Source: Candidatus Multivorans sp. (GTDB lineage: Bacteria > Acidobacteriota > Thermoanaerobaculia > Multivoradales > Multivoraceae). From it: 64,000 nucleotides of DNA. The position numbers and the translations under genes were made by a program. Location: the NCBI GenBank assembly GCA_965224025.1, contig OZ245033.1, forward strand, positions 3,808,001-3,872,000, given 5' to 3'. The notes under the pieces are model-generated. The model searched no databases, was not told where the DNA came from, and was given only the letters and a program-made list of their open reading frames with translations. Below are positions 1 through 10,249 of the stretch, one piece after another; position 1 is the stretch's first letter, and every line of letters begins with the position of its first letter.

Positions 1-2
1 GC

Positions 3-3000
3 GACGCGGAAGCACTGACGAACGGAATGGCGTGGGACATGATGCCCCGCTTCAGCCCGGACGGCTCCGACATCGCCTTCATCAGCGATCGTAGCGGCGG
101 CGACAACGTCTGGACGATTCCCGCGGACGGCGGCGAGCCGAAGCAGGTCAGCCGTGAGGACTTCCGCCTGGTCAACAACCCGGTGTGGAGCCCCGACGGG
201 CGTTTTGTCGCCGCCCGGAAGCACTTCGTCTCGACCCGCTCCCTCGGCAGCGGCGAGATCTGGCTCTACCATGCGAGCGGCGAGGGAGGCGGCCTGCAGT
301 TGAACGAGAAGCCGAACGATCAGAAAGACTTGGGCGAACCTGCCTTTTCGCCCGATGGGCGATATGTCTACTTCAGCCAGGACACGACGCCTGGCGGCAC
401 GTTCCAGTACGGCAAGAACTCGGCCGAGGGCATCTACTCCATCCGTCGCATCGACCGGGAGACCGGCGAGATCGAGACGGTGATCTCGGGGCCCGGCGGC
501 GCCGTGAGGCCGACACCGTCGCCGGACGGGAAATACCTCGCCTTCGTGCGCCGGGTGCGCTTCCAGAGCCATCTGTTCCTGCACGATCTGCAAAGCGGAG
601 AGAACGTCCCCATCTACGATGCTCTCGACCGCGACATGCAGGAGATCTGGGCGGTTCACGGCGTGTACTCCAGCATGGCCTGGACGCCGGATAGCCGATC
701 GATCGTCTTCTGGGCCCGCGGCGGCCTGCACCGGATCGACATCGAGAGCCGGGAGGCTCAGGAGATTCCCTTCCGCGTCCGCGCGACCCACCGGATGAAG
801 GAAGCGCTCGCCTTCGACTTCGAAGCGGCGCCGGAGACCTTCCGGACGAAGATGCTGCGCTGGACCCAGGTCTCCCCCGCCGGCGACCAGGTCATCTTCC
901 AGACCCTGGGCCGGCTGTGGACGCGCAGCCGCAACCCGGCAACGGGCGAGGTCGGCGAGGCCCGGCGGCTAACCACCCAGGACGATCACTTCGAGTTCTT
1001 CCCGTCCTGGTCCCGCGACGGGAAATGGGTCGTCTATGTGAGCTGGCACGACGAGGACGTCGGCGCGGTCCGGATCGCGCCCGCTTCCGGCGGCGAGGGA
1101 CGGAAGCTCACGCCCGATCCCGGCTTCTACGTCGAACCGGTCTTCTCGCCGGACGGCGGCACGGTCGTCTACCGCAAGAGCCGCGGCGGCGGCATCCTGA
1201 GTCCGTTGTGGTCGAAGGATCCGGGGCTCTACCGAATCCATGCCGGCGGTGAGAGCGCACCAGTGCGCATATCCCGGTCCGGCTCCAGCCCGCACTTCGG
1301 CGCCGACTCGAGCCGCGTCTACTTCACCGCCCCGGAGCGCTGGGACCGGCAGGTACTCCGCAGCGTGCCACTGATGAGTGCCGGCGAAGCAGAGGTGCGC
1401 GATCATGTCGGCAGCAAGGTCGCCACCGAGATGCGGGTCAGCCCCGACGGCCGCTGGCTCGCGTTCGCCGAACGGTTCGATGCCCACGTCGTGCCTTTTG
1501 TGCCCGCCTCGAAGGCGATCGAGGTTGGACCGAGCACGCCCGGACTACCGGTTCGGAACGTCTCCACCGACGACGCCGCCTACCTGCATTTCTCGGGCGA
1601 CAGCTCGACGCTCTACTGGTCACTGGGGCCGGAGTTGTTCGAGAGGCGACTCGCGGACGCCTTTGCGCTCGCGGACGACGAGGATGAAGAGGACGGCGAA
1701 GGCAAGGACGGCGAAGAAGAGGACGGCGAAGGCAACGAGGCGGACAACTCCAGCGACGGGCAGGACGAGCCTGCCGCCGGCCTCGACCTCGGCTTCGAGG
1801 TGGACGCCTACCGTCCAGATGGCGTGACCGCGATCACGAACGCCCGCCTGATCACGATGGCCGGCGAGGACAACATGGAGATCATTCGCCGCGGCACCGT
1901 CATCGTCGACGGCGACCGGATCGCCGCAGTAGGCCCGTCCCGGCAGGTCGACGTGCCGGACGGCGCGACGGTCATCGACGCCTCGGGCCTGACCGTCATG
2001 CCCGGCCTGATCGACGTCCACTGGCACGGGCCGCAGGGCAGCCAGGAGATCATCCCGCAGCAGAACTCGGAGCTCTACGCCTCGCTCACCTTCGGCGTGA
2101 CAACGGCTCACGACCCCTCGACCGACACCAGCACCTTCTTCGCCGCCAGCGAGATGCAGCGCGCCGGCGAGATCGTGGGACCCCGGCTGTTCGCCACCGG
2201 CACGATCCTCTACGGCGCCTTCGGCGCCTTCCGCGCCATTGTCGAGACGCCGGACGACGCGGTCCAGCACCTGCGCCGGTTGCAGAAGGTCGGCGCCGTC
2301 AGCGTCAAGAGCTACAACCAACCGCGCCGCGACCAGCGCCAGAAGATCGTCGCCGCGGCGCAGGATCTCGGCATGCTGGTCGTCAATGAAGGCGGCGCCC
2401 TCTTCCAGCACAACATGACGATGGTCGCCGACGGCCACACCGGCATCGAGCACTCGCTCTCGGTGGGCGCGATCTACGACGACGTGATCCAGTTCTGGGG
2501 CAGCAGCCGGGTCGGCAACACCCCCACCCTCGGCGTCGCCTACGGCGGCATCCAGGGCGAGGACTACTGGTACGAGCACACCGACGTCTGGGCCAACGAA
2601 CGGCTGCTGAACTATGTACCGCGGGAAGAGATCGATGCCCGCTCCCGCCGCCGGCAGAAGGCGCCGGACGGCGAGTACAACCACATCCTGACCGCTCGCG
2701 TGGTGAACGACCTCGACCAGGCCGGCGTACCGATCATGCTCGGCGCCCACGGCCAGCGCGAGGGCCTCGCCGCCCACTGGGAGATGTGGATGTTCGAGCA
2801 GGGCGGGATGAGCCCGCACCGGGCACTGATTGCCGGGACGATCAACGGCGCCCGCTACCTCGGCATGGAGGCCGACCTCGGCTCCCTCGAAGCCGGCAAG
2901 CTCGCCGACCTGATCGTCCTCGAGCAGAACCCGCTCGAGAACCTGCGAAGCTCGGAACTCGTCCGCTACGTCATGGTCGGCGGCCGGTTGTTCGACGCCC

Positions 3001-3062
3001 TGTCGATGAACGAGATCGCGGGCGAGAAGCGGCAGCGCAAGCCGTTCTGGTTCCAGCGGTAG
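3..3062 (+). CDS. TolB-like (PD40 beta-propeller) / amidohydrolase fusion protein, 5'-truncated by window edge
   Basis: Frame is open from position 3. Repeated P-x-F/W-SPDG PD40 motifs; C-terminal amidohydrolase motifs MPGLIDVHWH and GSLEAGKLADLIVL. Confidence 0.85.
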   Translation, partial: DAEALTNGMAWDMMPRFSPDGSDIAFISDRSGGDNVWTIPADGGEPKQVSREDFRLVNNPVWSPDGRFVAARKHFVSTRSLGSGEIWLYHASGEGGGLQLNEKPNDQKDLGEPAFSPDGRYVYFSQDTTPGGTFQYGKNSAEGIYSIRRIDRETGEIETVISGPGGAVRPTPSPDGKYLAFVRRVRFQSHLFLHDLQSGENVPIYDALDRDMQEIWAVHGVYSSMAWTPDSRSIVFWARGGLHRIDIESREAQEIPFRVRATHRMKEALAFDFEAAPETFRTKMLRWTQVSPAGDQVIFQTLGRLWTRSRNPATGEVGEARRLTTQDDHFEFFPSWSRDGKWVVYVSWHDEDVGAVRIAPASGGEGRKLTPDPGFYVEPVFSPDGGTVVYRKSRGGGILSPLWSKDPGLYRIHAGGESAPVRISRSGSSPHFGADSSRVYFTAPERWDRQVLRSVPLMSAGEAEVRDHVGSKVATEMRVSPDGRWLAFAERFDAHVVPFVPASKAIEVGPSTPGLPVRNVSTDDAAYLHFSGDSSTLYWSLGPELFERRLADAFALADDEDEEDGEGKDGEEEDGEGNEADNSSDGQDEPAAGLDLGFEVDAYRPDGVTAITNARLITMAGEDNMEIIRRGTVIVDGDRIAAVGPSRQVDVPDGATVIDASGLTVMPGLIDVHWHGPQGSQEIIPQQNSELYASLTFGVTTAHDPSTDTSTFFAASEMQRAGEIVGPRLFATGTILYGAFGAFRAIVETPDDAVQHLRRLQKVGAVSVKSYNQPRRDQRQKIVAAAQDLGMLVVNEGGALFQHNMTMVADGHTGIEHSLSVGAIYDDVIQFWGSSRVGNTPTLGVAYGGIQGEDYWYEHTDVWANERLLNYVPREEIDARSRRRQKAPDGEYNHILTARVVNDLDQAGVPIMLGAHGQREGLAAHWEMWMFEQGGMSPHRALIAGTINGARYLGMEADLGSLEAGKLADLIVLEQNPLENLRSSELVRYVMVGGRLFDALSMNEIAGEKRQRKPFWFQR

Positions 3063-3078
3063 CGGCCTGCCGCACACC

Positions 3079-3543
3079 ATGCAGCGGCTGGAGATCCGCC
3101 CCTACCGCGAATCGGACGAAGATGCCGTGGTCGCGTTGTGGTACGAGTGCGGGTTGGTCAGGCCGTGGAACGATCCGATCAAGGACATCGGACGCAAAGT
3201 GCGGATCCAACGGGATCTGTTTCTGGTCGGATTCATTGACGGCCAGCTCATCGCGACCGTCATGGCGGGCTACGAAGGCCACCGCGGTTGGATCAACTAT
3301 CTGGCGGTTGCCACGGACAGCCGAAAACGGGGATTCGGACGGCTCCTGATGGACAAGGCCGAAGCACGGCTGCGCGAGATGGGCTCTCCCAAGATCAGCC
3401 TGCGGGTCAGGAGGTCGAACGCCGAGGCCGCCGAGTTCTATCGCTCGATCGGATACGCGGAAGACGATGTTCTGAGCATGGGCAAGCGCCTAGTCGAAGA
3501 CGGAGACGCCCAGGCAAACGAGCGACTGCTGAGTTACACGTAG
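3079..3543 (+). CDS. GNAT family acetyltransferase (YpeA-like)
   Basis: MAGYEGHRGWINYLAV, RKRGFG acetyl-CoA motif, N..A.EFYRSIGY. Confidence 0.85.
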   Translation: MQRLEIRPYRESDEDAVVALWYECGLVRPWNDPIKDIGRKVRIQRDLFLVGFIDGQLIATVMAGYEGHRGWINYLAVATDSRKRGFGRLLMDKAEARLREMGSPKISLRVRRSNAEAAEFYRSIGYAEDDVLSMGKRLVEDGDAQANERLLSYT

Positions 3544-3581
3544 CAGGAGGAGGTCGACGCTCGCGCCCACCGCCGCCAGAA

Positions 3582-3605
3582 AGCGCCGGGAGGCGTTCCG
3601 GCGCT
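3582..3605. terminator. Hairpin between convergent genes, possible terminator
   Basis: AGCGCCGG...CCGGCGCT stem; followed by TTCT on the minus strand. Confidence 0.4.
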
Positions 3606-4245
3606 AAGGCTGAGCGTCTCCCAGCGCCTCGAGGGCAGCTAGCCAGCCGTCGAACCGAGTGCACTCGCCACGGATGGTCTCCAAGCCGATCTTGCGAGCG
3701 ATGCGCGGACCGTGAACTGCTTTCTGGTAACGGGCCAGGGCCTTCTTGATTCGCTTGCTCGGCGCAGTGGCGGCGCTGTCGTTGATGTCCTCGGGCGAAG
3801 CGAATCGAGCGCGGGCGTCAAGAAGCTCGGCTACGGCGGCCTCCTGCGCAGCGGGCACGGACCTGAACGCCTCAGGGCGCGAGAACAGCAGTCCCTCAAA
3901 CTCGTGGAGTTGCACGTACGGGATGACGCACCGTGCTCGCGGACCGAGCTCTCCTCGAAGCTCCTCGCGCAAATCCGCGACCAACTCGTCCGCCGTCCGG
4001 TCCCGTTTACCGCGAAACCCGTAGAAGTCGACCAGCGATGTCACGGCATCGAAGTTGTGTGACAGGAGCCTCATTTCGGCGATCAGCGCCGATTCGGAAA
4101 CGTTGCCGCCCTTCCATCGGTTGCGGGCGCTACCCACCTGAACCGGCGTCACGTCCACGCCAAACGGCTTGAGGTGCTCCTTGAGAACGTCCTTGGCGAA
4201 CTCTTCCTCAGTCTGTCCCTCTACCGAGATCGCGAGCCGGATCAA
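3604..4245 (-). CDS. DUF4276 family (TOPRIM/RloB-like) protein
   Basis: ISVEGQTEEEF, DFYGF, QLHEFEGLLFS, PEDIND...APSKR motifs. Likely TTG start overlapping the ATPase stop (TTGA). Confidence 0.8.
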   Translation of the reverse strand: MIRLAISVEGQTEEEFAKDVLKEHLKPFGVDVTPVQVGSARNRWKGGNVSESALIAEMRLLSHNFDAVTSLVDFYGFRGKRDRTADELVADLREELRGELGPRARCVIPYVQLHEFEGLLFSRPEAFRSVPAAQEAAVAELLDARARFASPEDINDSAATAPSKRIKKALARYQKAVHGPRIARKIGLETIRGECTRFDGWLAALEALGDAQP

Positions 4246-5375
4246 GGGCGGCCGCCGAGGAGGTTCTTCTGCCACAGCTCACCGGGCGTGAAGTCCTCGT
4301 CGAGCCAGACTCGGTAGTCGTCCGAAGACAACTTGCGAACCTCCGTTCGGCCTTCGCGCAGTTCCAGGACGAAGATCTCCTCGAGATCGAAGGCGTCCAC
4401 GAGCAGGGGTGACTGAGTGGCCAGGATGACCTGTCGCTCTTCCGCCAAGGACCTGATCATCCCGCCCAGGAGAGTGATCGCCGCGGGATGAAGCCCCAGT
4501 TCCGGCTCGTCGAAGAGCAGCACGTTCGGCAGCATCTCGGCCGGCAGATTCAGTAAGGCGACGAGAGCAAAGAACCGCAAAGAGCCATCGGATGTCAGGT
4601 GCGCCCCGAACGTCTTGTCCGCTCCCCTGGCCTTCCACCGCAAAGCCACGCTCCCGTAGCTCTCGTGAAGCTCGAAGTGGTCGAAGCCGGGAAGGATGCG
4701 GCCGATCTGCTCGCAGATCAACTCGTAGCGGTCGAGATCCTCCCGCTCCAGCCGGAGGAGGACCGCGGCGAGGTTGCCGCCGTGGGAGCGAAGGTAGTTG
4801 TTGTCAGTCGCGTCCCACTCCTTCTTGAAGTTCGACTCGTCCGAGGTGTCGTGGAACTGATAGACCGCGCAGCCGCGTAGAAGATGAACGATGACCCGGG
4901 CAGTCCTTTCATTGACGCCCGGGTAGGAACCGGATTGGGCCGCGCGAACGATCTCAGCCTCTCGATTGCCGTTCTCGAGATACTGCCAAGGCGCCTCGCT
5001 CGCCACGTCGCCGCTGCTGAACCGGAAGCCCTCCTCGGAGAAGAAGAGACGGTCGCCTTGGGCGTAGCTGAGCGCGAAACGGTAGTCGTTCCTTCCCGCC
5101 TCCGTCCGAAGCGACAGCTCGGCCTTCATGCGCGGAGTCGTCCGATTGCCTCCGTACAGTTGATCGTCGGCACGGCCGTGCTTCTCGACGAACGCGCCGA
5201 GCCGGCGAGGTCCGAGCATCCAACTCAGCATCTCGAAGAAGCGAATGAAGTTCGACTTGCCGGCACCGTTGGCGCCGATCAGAACCGCCGCTCCGGGCAG
5301 ACCGCGGAGTTCGACATCGGCCAGCGAACGGAAGCCGCGCACTTGAACGCGTTCGATCGGAGCGCCAGCGGCCAT
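4242..5375 (-). CDS. ABC/AAA_21-type ATPase (partner of DUF4276)
   Basis: Walker A GANGAGKS, signature-like SDGS, Walker B LLFDEPELGLHP, ATQSP, C-terminal GELW...LGGRP. Confidence 0.85.
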   Translation of the reverse strand: MAAGAPIERVQVRGFRSLADVELRGLPGAAVLIGANGAGKSNFIRFFEMLSWMLGPRRLGAFVEKHGRADDQLYGGNRTTPRMKAELSLRTEAGRNDYRFALSYAQGDRLFFSEEGFRFSSGDVASEAPWQYLENGNREAEIVRAAQSGSYPGVNERTARVIVHLLRGCAVYQFHDTSDESNFKKEWDATDNNYLRSHGGNLAAVLLRLEREDLDRYELICEQIGRILPGFDHFELHESYGSVALRWKARGADKTFGAHLTSDGSLRFFALVALLNLPAEMLPNVLLFDEPELGLHPAAITLLGGMIRSLAEERQVILATQSPLLVDAFDLEEIFVLELREGRTEVRKLSSDDYRVWLDEDFTPGELWQKNLLGGRP

Positions 5376-5529
5376 CAGACGGTGCTCTCTTTCAACTCTA
5401 CAGAGGCTTCTTCAAGCCCCGGACCTTCTCGATGGTCTTGCGCACCGATTCCAGATCGCTCAAGGCCGCGCTCCGGTGTGAAGTGAGGATGATCAACGGA
5501 AGCGGAGAGTATCAAGGCGAAGTTCAGAG

Positions 5530-5696
5530 GCTTCGCTTCGGCCCACGACAGGATTGCCTCCGGCATCTCACGGATTGCGGGTGCTCATTCCGTGGAACGG
5601 CTCTCGGCGCCGGGATCGAGTGGCCTACTCGTACCGCCTCGAGGTTTGAACCACTCCCGCGCATCCTCTTGGGGGCAAGCGCTCAGGCGGCTTCAT
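5530..5696 (-). pseudogene. Degenerate HEPN-domain gene remnant
   Basis: MKPPERLPP, then (+1 frameshift) DAREWF, joined to ATR/PGAE...*...EMPEAILSWAEAK. These resemble the N- and C-termini of MNT-associated HEPN proteins with the middle missing. Confidence 0.55.
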
Positions 5697-5997
5697 ACAC
5701 GATCCGTCCCTCGGCCAACGCCGGCTTGTAGACCAAGCCGAGACTGTCCTTGTAGCGCTCCAGGTCCGTGGGCGTAACGAGAATCGCATCGACAGGCACG
5801 CCCACACCTGCCAGCCGCTCGTACACCTGAGCCGCAACGTCTGACCGATCTCCGCCTTCGGCAACGACGAGAAGGTCTACATCGCTCTGCGGGCCATCGT
5901 CACCGCGAGCCGCCGAACCGAACAGGATGACCTTCTCAGGCTCTGCCACGTCGACTACGCGACGGATGATCTCGTCGAGCTCTTCCTGATCGACCAC
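5683..5997 (-). CDS. Minimal nucleotidyltransferase (MNT) antitoxin-like protein
   Basis: ILFGSAARG...SDVDLLVV motif; 104 aa. Confidence 0.85.
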   Translation of the reverse strand: MVDQEELDEIIRRVVDVAEPEKVILFGSAARGDDGPQSDVDLLVVAEGGDRSDVAAQVYERLAGVGVPVDAILVTPTDLERYKDSLGLVYKPALAEGRIVYEAA

Positions 5998-6092
5998 TTC
6001 CAGCGTCTCCCTCGCGAAGCCTACGCCGCTTCAAGACCACGGCTCGACTGCCCTTTCGGACAAGGAACCCGGGCTGCGCGTCGCGGCCCGCT

Positions 6093-7121
6093 TCAGACCC
6101 GTGCCAGCATGTCCGCAACCGCTTGCTCTGTCGTCGAGTCTCCGTCGCGGTCGGGGGTTCGAGGGCCGGCCGCCCGGTGCTCAGCGAGGACCTCCTGGAC
6201 ACGGACTGCGCCGTCGGCAAGACCGACCCGTTGCAGCAAGAGCGCAGCGGCGGCCACGGCGGCGACCGGATTCGCGATCCCCCGTCCCGCAATGTCCGGC
6301 GCACTGCCGTGAACCGGTTCGGCCAGGCAGAAGCGTTCGCCGCAGTTGGCCGAGCCGACGACGCCCAGGCCGCCGACCAGGGCGGCGCCGGCGTCGCTCA
6401 GGATGTCGCCGTACAGGTTCGGCGCGACGATCACGTCGTAGCGCTCCGGCTCCAGGATGAGCCGGTAGACCATGGAGTCGACGAGCTGCTCCTCGACCTC
6501 GATCTCCGGGAAGCCAGCCGCGACATCGAGCGCCGTCTCGCGGAACAGGCCGTCGCTGACGCGAAGCACGTTGGCCTTGTGGATGACGGTGAGGCGGGCT
6601 GAGTTGCCGCGCTGGGCGGCGCGGGACAGCCCCAGCTCGCAGGCGAACCGCGTGATCCGTTCCGTCGCTCGCCGGCTGATCACCCGCTCGGCGATGGCCA
6701 CTTCGCCATCCCGTTCCCAGCGTTCGCGGCCGGCGTAGAGACCTTCCGTGTTCTCACGGACCACAACGGCGTCGACGGCGCCTCCGCGGAGCGGCCGGAC
6801 GTTTGCGTAGAGATCGAGACGACGCCGTAGCTCCACGATCGGACTCCGGTAGCCGTCAACCGCATGGCCCGGTGACGAGACGGCGCCGAACAGCGCGCCG
6901 GCGCAGCCCTCCAGGATCTCGACCGTGGCGTCGGGCAGCGCCGTACCGGTCCGCTCGAAGGTCCGCCAGCCCATCTCGGCTTCGACCCATTCGATCCGGT
7001 CGCCGCAGACGGCGTCGACGACTCGCACGGCGGCGGCGACGACCTCGGGGCCGACGCCGTCGCCGCCGATCCGGGCGAGGCGGACCGGCGCCGTCGTCGA
7101 ATCGTTGGAGCTCCGCGTCAC
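6093..7121 (-). CDS. Homoisocitrate (isocitrate/isopropylmalate family) dehydrogenase
   Basis: [43 protein letters not shown]; last gene of an operon headed by homocitrate synthase. Confidence 0.8.
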   Translation of the reverse strand: MTRSSNDSTTAPVRLARIGGDGVGPEVVAAAVRVVDAVCGDRIEWVEAEMGWRTFERTGTALPDATVEILEGCAGALFGAVSSPGHAVDGYRSPIVELRRRLDLYANVRPLRGGAVDAVVVRENTEGLYAGRERWERDGEVAIAERVISRRATERITRFACELGLSRAAQRGNSARLTVIHKANVLRVSDGLFRETALDVAAGFPEIEVEEQLVDSMVYRLILEPERYDVIVAPNLYGDILSDAGAALVGGLGVVGSANCGERFCLAEPVHGSAPDIAGRGIANPVAAVAAAALLLQRVGLADGAVRVQEVLAEHRAAGPRTPDRDGDSTTEQAVADMLARV

Positions 7122-7714
7122 GGTGCGGCTACCCCTCCCGCCAGACGCAGCTTCGTCTGCTCGATCAGACCGCCGGCGGCGATCATCGACCGGACGGCCG
7201 GACTGAACTCGGCGAAGACGAACTGTTGCGGCGCGGATCCGGATGCGGGCGAGACGCCCGCGTTCCCCGGTCCCGAACCGGCTTTCTCCCCGCCACCGGC
7301 ACAGCGGATCACCGAGCCCTCCAGATCGACCTCCACTTCGGCCCCCTCCTCCAACGCATCGACCGCCTCGGGACAGACAATCGCCAGCAAACCGCTGTTC
7401 AGAGCGTTGCGGTAGAAGATGCGACCGAAGCTGCGGGCGATCACCGCGCCGACGCCGGCGTAGCGGAGGCAGACCGCGGCCTGCTCGCGGCTCGAACCGC
7501 AGCCCCAGTTCCAGCCGGCGACGATCACGTCACCGTGCCGGACCCTTTCGACGAACGTCGGGTCGAGGTCTTCCAGCGCATGGGGGGCGACCTCCTCCGG
7601 CCGGCTCTTCGTGTAGGTGTAGCGGCCCGGGAAGATGACATCCGTGTTCACGTGATCGCCGTAGCGGAAGACCCGGCCGCAGAAGGGCCTGATGACATCG
7701 ACCGGACCGCTCAT
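7118..7714 (-). CDS. Homoaconitase small subunit (LeuD/LysU-like)
   Basis: [43 protein letters not shown] at 7714 overlaps the large-subunit stop (ATGA). Confidence 0.85.
   Translation of the reverse strand: MSGPVDVIRPFCGRVFRYGDHVNTDVIFPGRYTYTKSRPEEVAPHALEDLDPTFVERVRHGDVIVAGWNWGCGSSREQAAVCLRYAGVGAVIARSFGRIFYRNALNSGLLAIVCPEAVDALEEGAEVEVDLEGSVIRCAGGGEKAGSGPGNAGVSPASGSAPQQFVFAEFSPAVRSMIAAGGLIEQTKLRLAGGVAAP
7239..7267 (+). repeat. REP-like hairpin repeat inside the small-subunit CDS
   Basis: CCGGATGCGGGCGAGACGCCCGCGTTCCC, identical to 49233-49261. Confidence 0.8.
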
Positions 7715-9066
7715 TCCGCGACCTCCCGCGGGTGGACGATCCGGCCCGCGACCGCGCTCGCCGCGACCACCGCGGGCGACGCCAGGTAGATCTCCGCGCC
7801 ACGGTCGCCCATGCGACCCTGGAAGTTCCGGTTGGCGCTGGAGATGCAGACTTCGCCCGGCGCCAGCACGCCGAGGTGGTTGCCCATGCAGGGGCCGCAG
7901 CCCGGAGTGCCGAAGACGGCGCCGGCGGCGGCGAGGTCGGCCACCCAGCCGCGCGCCAGCGCTTCGTTCCAGACCTCGCTCGAGGCCGGGACGATGACCA
8001 TTCGGGTTCCCCGCGCTAGCCGCCGGCCGGCCATCACTTCCCGAACCGCGCCGAGATCCTCCAGGCGGCCGTTCGTGCACGTGCCGATGAACGCCTGGTC
8101 CACTCGTACCGAATCAAGCTCTCCGACCGCGACGGTGTCGTCCACCTGGTGCGGGCGCGCCACCCGGGGTTCCACCCCGGACAGATCCAGCAGATGCTCG
8201 GCCACGTAGTCAGCGTCTGGATCGGGGTAGAGCGCCCGCTCCTCAAGTCGCGCCGCAACCGCCGCCGCAGTCTCGCCGGGCTCGGCGCCGCGGCCCGGTC
8301 GCCGTCCTGGACGCGCGATGAGCCGCTCGGCCAGGTAGTCGAACACCGCCCCATCCGGCGGCATGTACGCGTTCTTCGCCCCCATCTCGGCCATCATGTT
8401 GACCAGCGCTGCACGGGAGTCGAGGCTCAGAGCCGCGATCCCCGGTCCGCTGAACTCGACGCTCCGGTAGAGCGCGCCGTCGGCGCCCAGGTCGCCGATC
8501 AGCGTCAGCGCCGCGTCCTTCGTCGTGACCCACTCGCCGAGCGCGCCCTCAAGCCCGATTCGCAGCGACTCCGGCACTCGTAGCCAGAGTTCCCCGGTGG
8601 CCCACAACACGGCCATCTCGCTCCGACCGACGCCGGCGCCGAACACCCCCAGCCAGCCGAAGTGCGGGGTATGGGAATCCGAGCCGAGAATCGCGTCTCC
8701 CGGCAGCACGACCGCCTCCTCGCTCAGGACCTGGTGGCAAATGCCGCGACCGACCTCGAAGAAGTGCCCGACGCCCTGCTCGGCGACGAAGGCCCGGACC
8801 TCGGCGTGGTTCCGGGCGTGACGCACGGTCGGCGCCGGCACGGCGTGGTCGAGGGTGACGGCCATCCTCTCCGGGATCGTGACCCGCGGCTGCCCGAACT
8901 GCCGCCAGATCTCGGCGATCGGCGCGGTGTTGTCGTGGCTGAGCACGATGTCGGGCCGCGCGTCGACGATCTCGTCGACCGCGATCGTAGCCTGGCCACT
9001 GGCCCGCGCCAGGGCCTTCTGCGCGAAGGTGTAGGCCGTGTCGGCCGGCCGACAGCGTTCGCTCAC
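7711..9066 (-). CDS. Homoaconitase large subunit (LeuC/LysT-like)
   Basis: [43 protein letters not shown] at 9066 overlaps the upstream stop (GTGA). Confidence 0.85.
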   Translation of the reverse strand: MSERCRPADTAYTFAQKALARASGQATIAVDEIVDARPDIVLSHDNTAPIAEIWRQFGQPRVTIPERMAVTLDHAVPAPTVRHARNHAEVRAFVAEQGVGHFFEVGRGICHQVLSEEAVVLPGDAILGSDSHTPHFGWLGVFGAGVGRSEMAVLWATGELWLRVPESLRIGLEGALGEWVTTKDAALTLIGDLGADGALYRSVEFSGPGIAALSLDSRAALVNMMAEMGAKNAYMPPDGAVFDYLAERLIARPGRRPGRGAEPGETAAAVAARLEERALYPDPDADYVAEHLLDLSGVEPRVARPHQVDDTVAVGELDSVRVDQAFIGTCTNGRLEDLGAVREVMAGRRLARGTRMVIVPASSEVWNEALARGWVADLAAAGAVFGTPGCGPCMGNHLGVLAPGEVCISSANRNFQGRMGDRGAEIYLASPAVVAASAVAGRIVHPREVAE

Positions 9067-10244
9067 CCGGCTGCTCCGGCGACCGCCGGCGCCGGCTGCC
9101 CCGTGTGGTAGCTGCGCAGCAGCGTGTCCACGTCCGAGAGACTGAGCGGCTTCTCGTCCGCCAGCGCCTTGATGTGAGCTGTGATCTCCTTGATCTGCGC
9201 GTCGCCCAGATCGAGACGCAACTGCTCGACACGGGACTTGATCGCGTTCCACCCGGTCAGCCGGTGGGCCACGTGGACGTATCGGTCGAGCCCGAAGTCG
9301 GCCGGATCGAGGATCTCGTAGCTCGAGGGGTGGTTGAGGATCGCCTTCGCGTGAATGCCGGCCTTGTGGGTGAAGGCGGTGTAGCCGGTGATGTAGTTGT
9401 TGAACGGCACGTCGACCTCGACCAGGGAGGCGACGTAGTTCTCGATCTCGCGCAGAAGCGGCAGGTCGTAGCGCGCACGGATCGCTTCCGGATCCTCCGC
9501 GTAGAAGCGCGCCACCAGGCCTCCGAGCGGCGTGATTCCGTTCCGCTCGCCGATCCCGAGCACCGACGTGTCGACGTGTGTCGCCCCCGCCTCCAGAGCG
9601 CAGAACGCGTTGGCTACCGCGCAGCCGGTGTCGTTGTGGCCGTGAAACTCGATGTCGCAGTCCACTTCCTGCCGCAGGCGGCGAACCAGGTCGTAGACCT
9701 GCCTGGGACTCGCCACCCCCACGGTGTCGGCGACGCCGACGCGGTGCACACCGACGGCGTTTACCGCCCGGTAGGCCCGAATCAGGTCCGCCAGATCGCT
9801 GCGGAACGAGTCCTCGGTGCTGAAGCGCACCTCGACATCGTGCGATCGGATGTACTGGACGACCTCGACCGCGGTCTCGATCACCTCGTCCATGCTCTTG
9901 CCGTGCGAGTACTCCCGCAGGTAACGGGAGGTGCCGAACACGACGTCGATGCCGTCGACGCCGGTCTCGAGAGCCAGTTTCGCGTCCTCCAGGTGACAGC
10001 GCGTATGGGTCAGCACCTTGGCCCGCAGGCCCAGCCTCGCCACCCGTTCGCAGTCGTCCCGGCTACGGCGGCTGGCCGCCGGCGAAGTCAGCTCGATGTA
10101 CTCGACCCCGAAGGCGTCCAGCAGACACGCGATCTCCACCTTCTGGTCGCTGTCGAAGAAGGCGTTGGCGAACTGCTCGCCTTCGCGCAGGGTCGATTCG
10201 ATAATCGCGGGTTGAGACTCGATGGTTGCCGGATGAGAGGCCAT
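9063..10244 (-). CDS. Homocitrate synthase, Thermus/fungal (Lys20/LysS) type
   Basis: [56 protein letters not shown]. Confidence 0.9.
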   Translation of the reverse strand: MASHPATIESQPAIIESTLREGEQFANAFFDSDQKVEIACLLDAFGVEYIELTSPAASRRSRDDCERVARLGLRAKVLTHTRCHLEDAKLALETGVDGIDVVFGTSRYLREYSHGKSMDEVIETAVEVVQYIRSHDVEVRFSTEDSFRSDLADLIRAYRAVNAVGVHRVGVADTVGVASPRQVYDLVRRLRQEVDCDIEFHGHNDTGCAVANAFCALEAGATHVDTSVLGIGERNGITPLGGLVARFYAEDPEAIRARYDLPLLREIENYVASLVEVDVPFNNYITGYTAFTHKAGIHAKAILNHPSSYEILDPADFGLDRYVHVAHRLTGWNAIKSRVEQLRLDLGDAQIKEITAHIKALADEKPLSLSDVDTLLRSYHTGQPAPAVAGAAG

Positions 10245-10249
10245 GCAGT

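Noticed and set aside
8250-8325. Possible second palindromic insertion in the homoaconitase large subunit ([14 protein letters not shown])
   Set aside because: Only a short GC stem and no match to the REP consensus; cannot be separated from chance without an alignment.
6093-9066. Leucine biosynthesis leuBCD call
   Set aside because: The operon is headed by a Lys20-type homocitrate synthase with a Lys-codon leader, so lysine-pathway paralogues are more likely; specificity is unproven, so no gene symbols are given.
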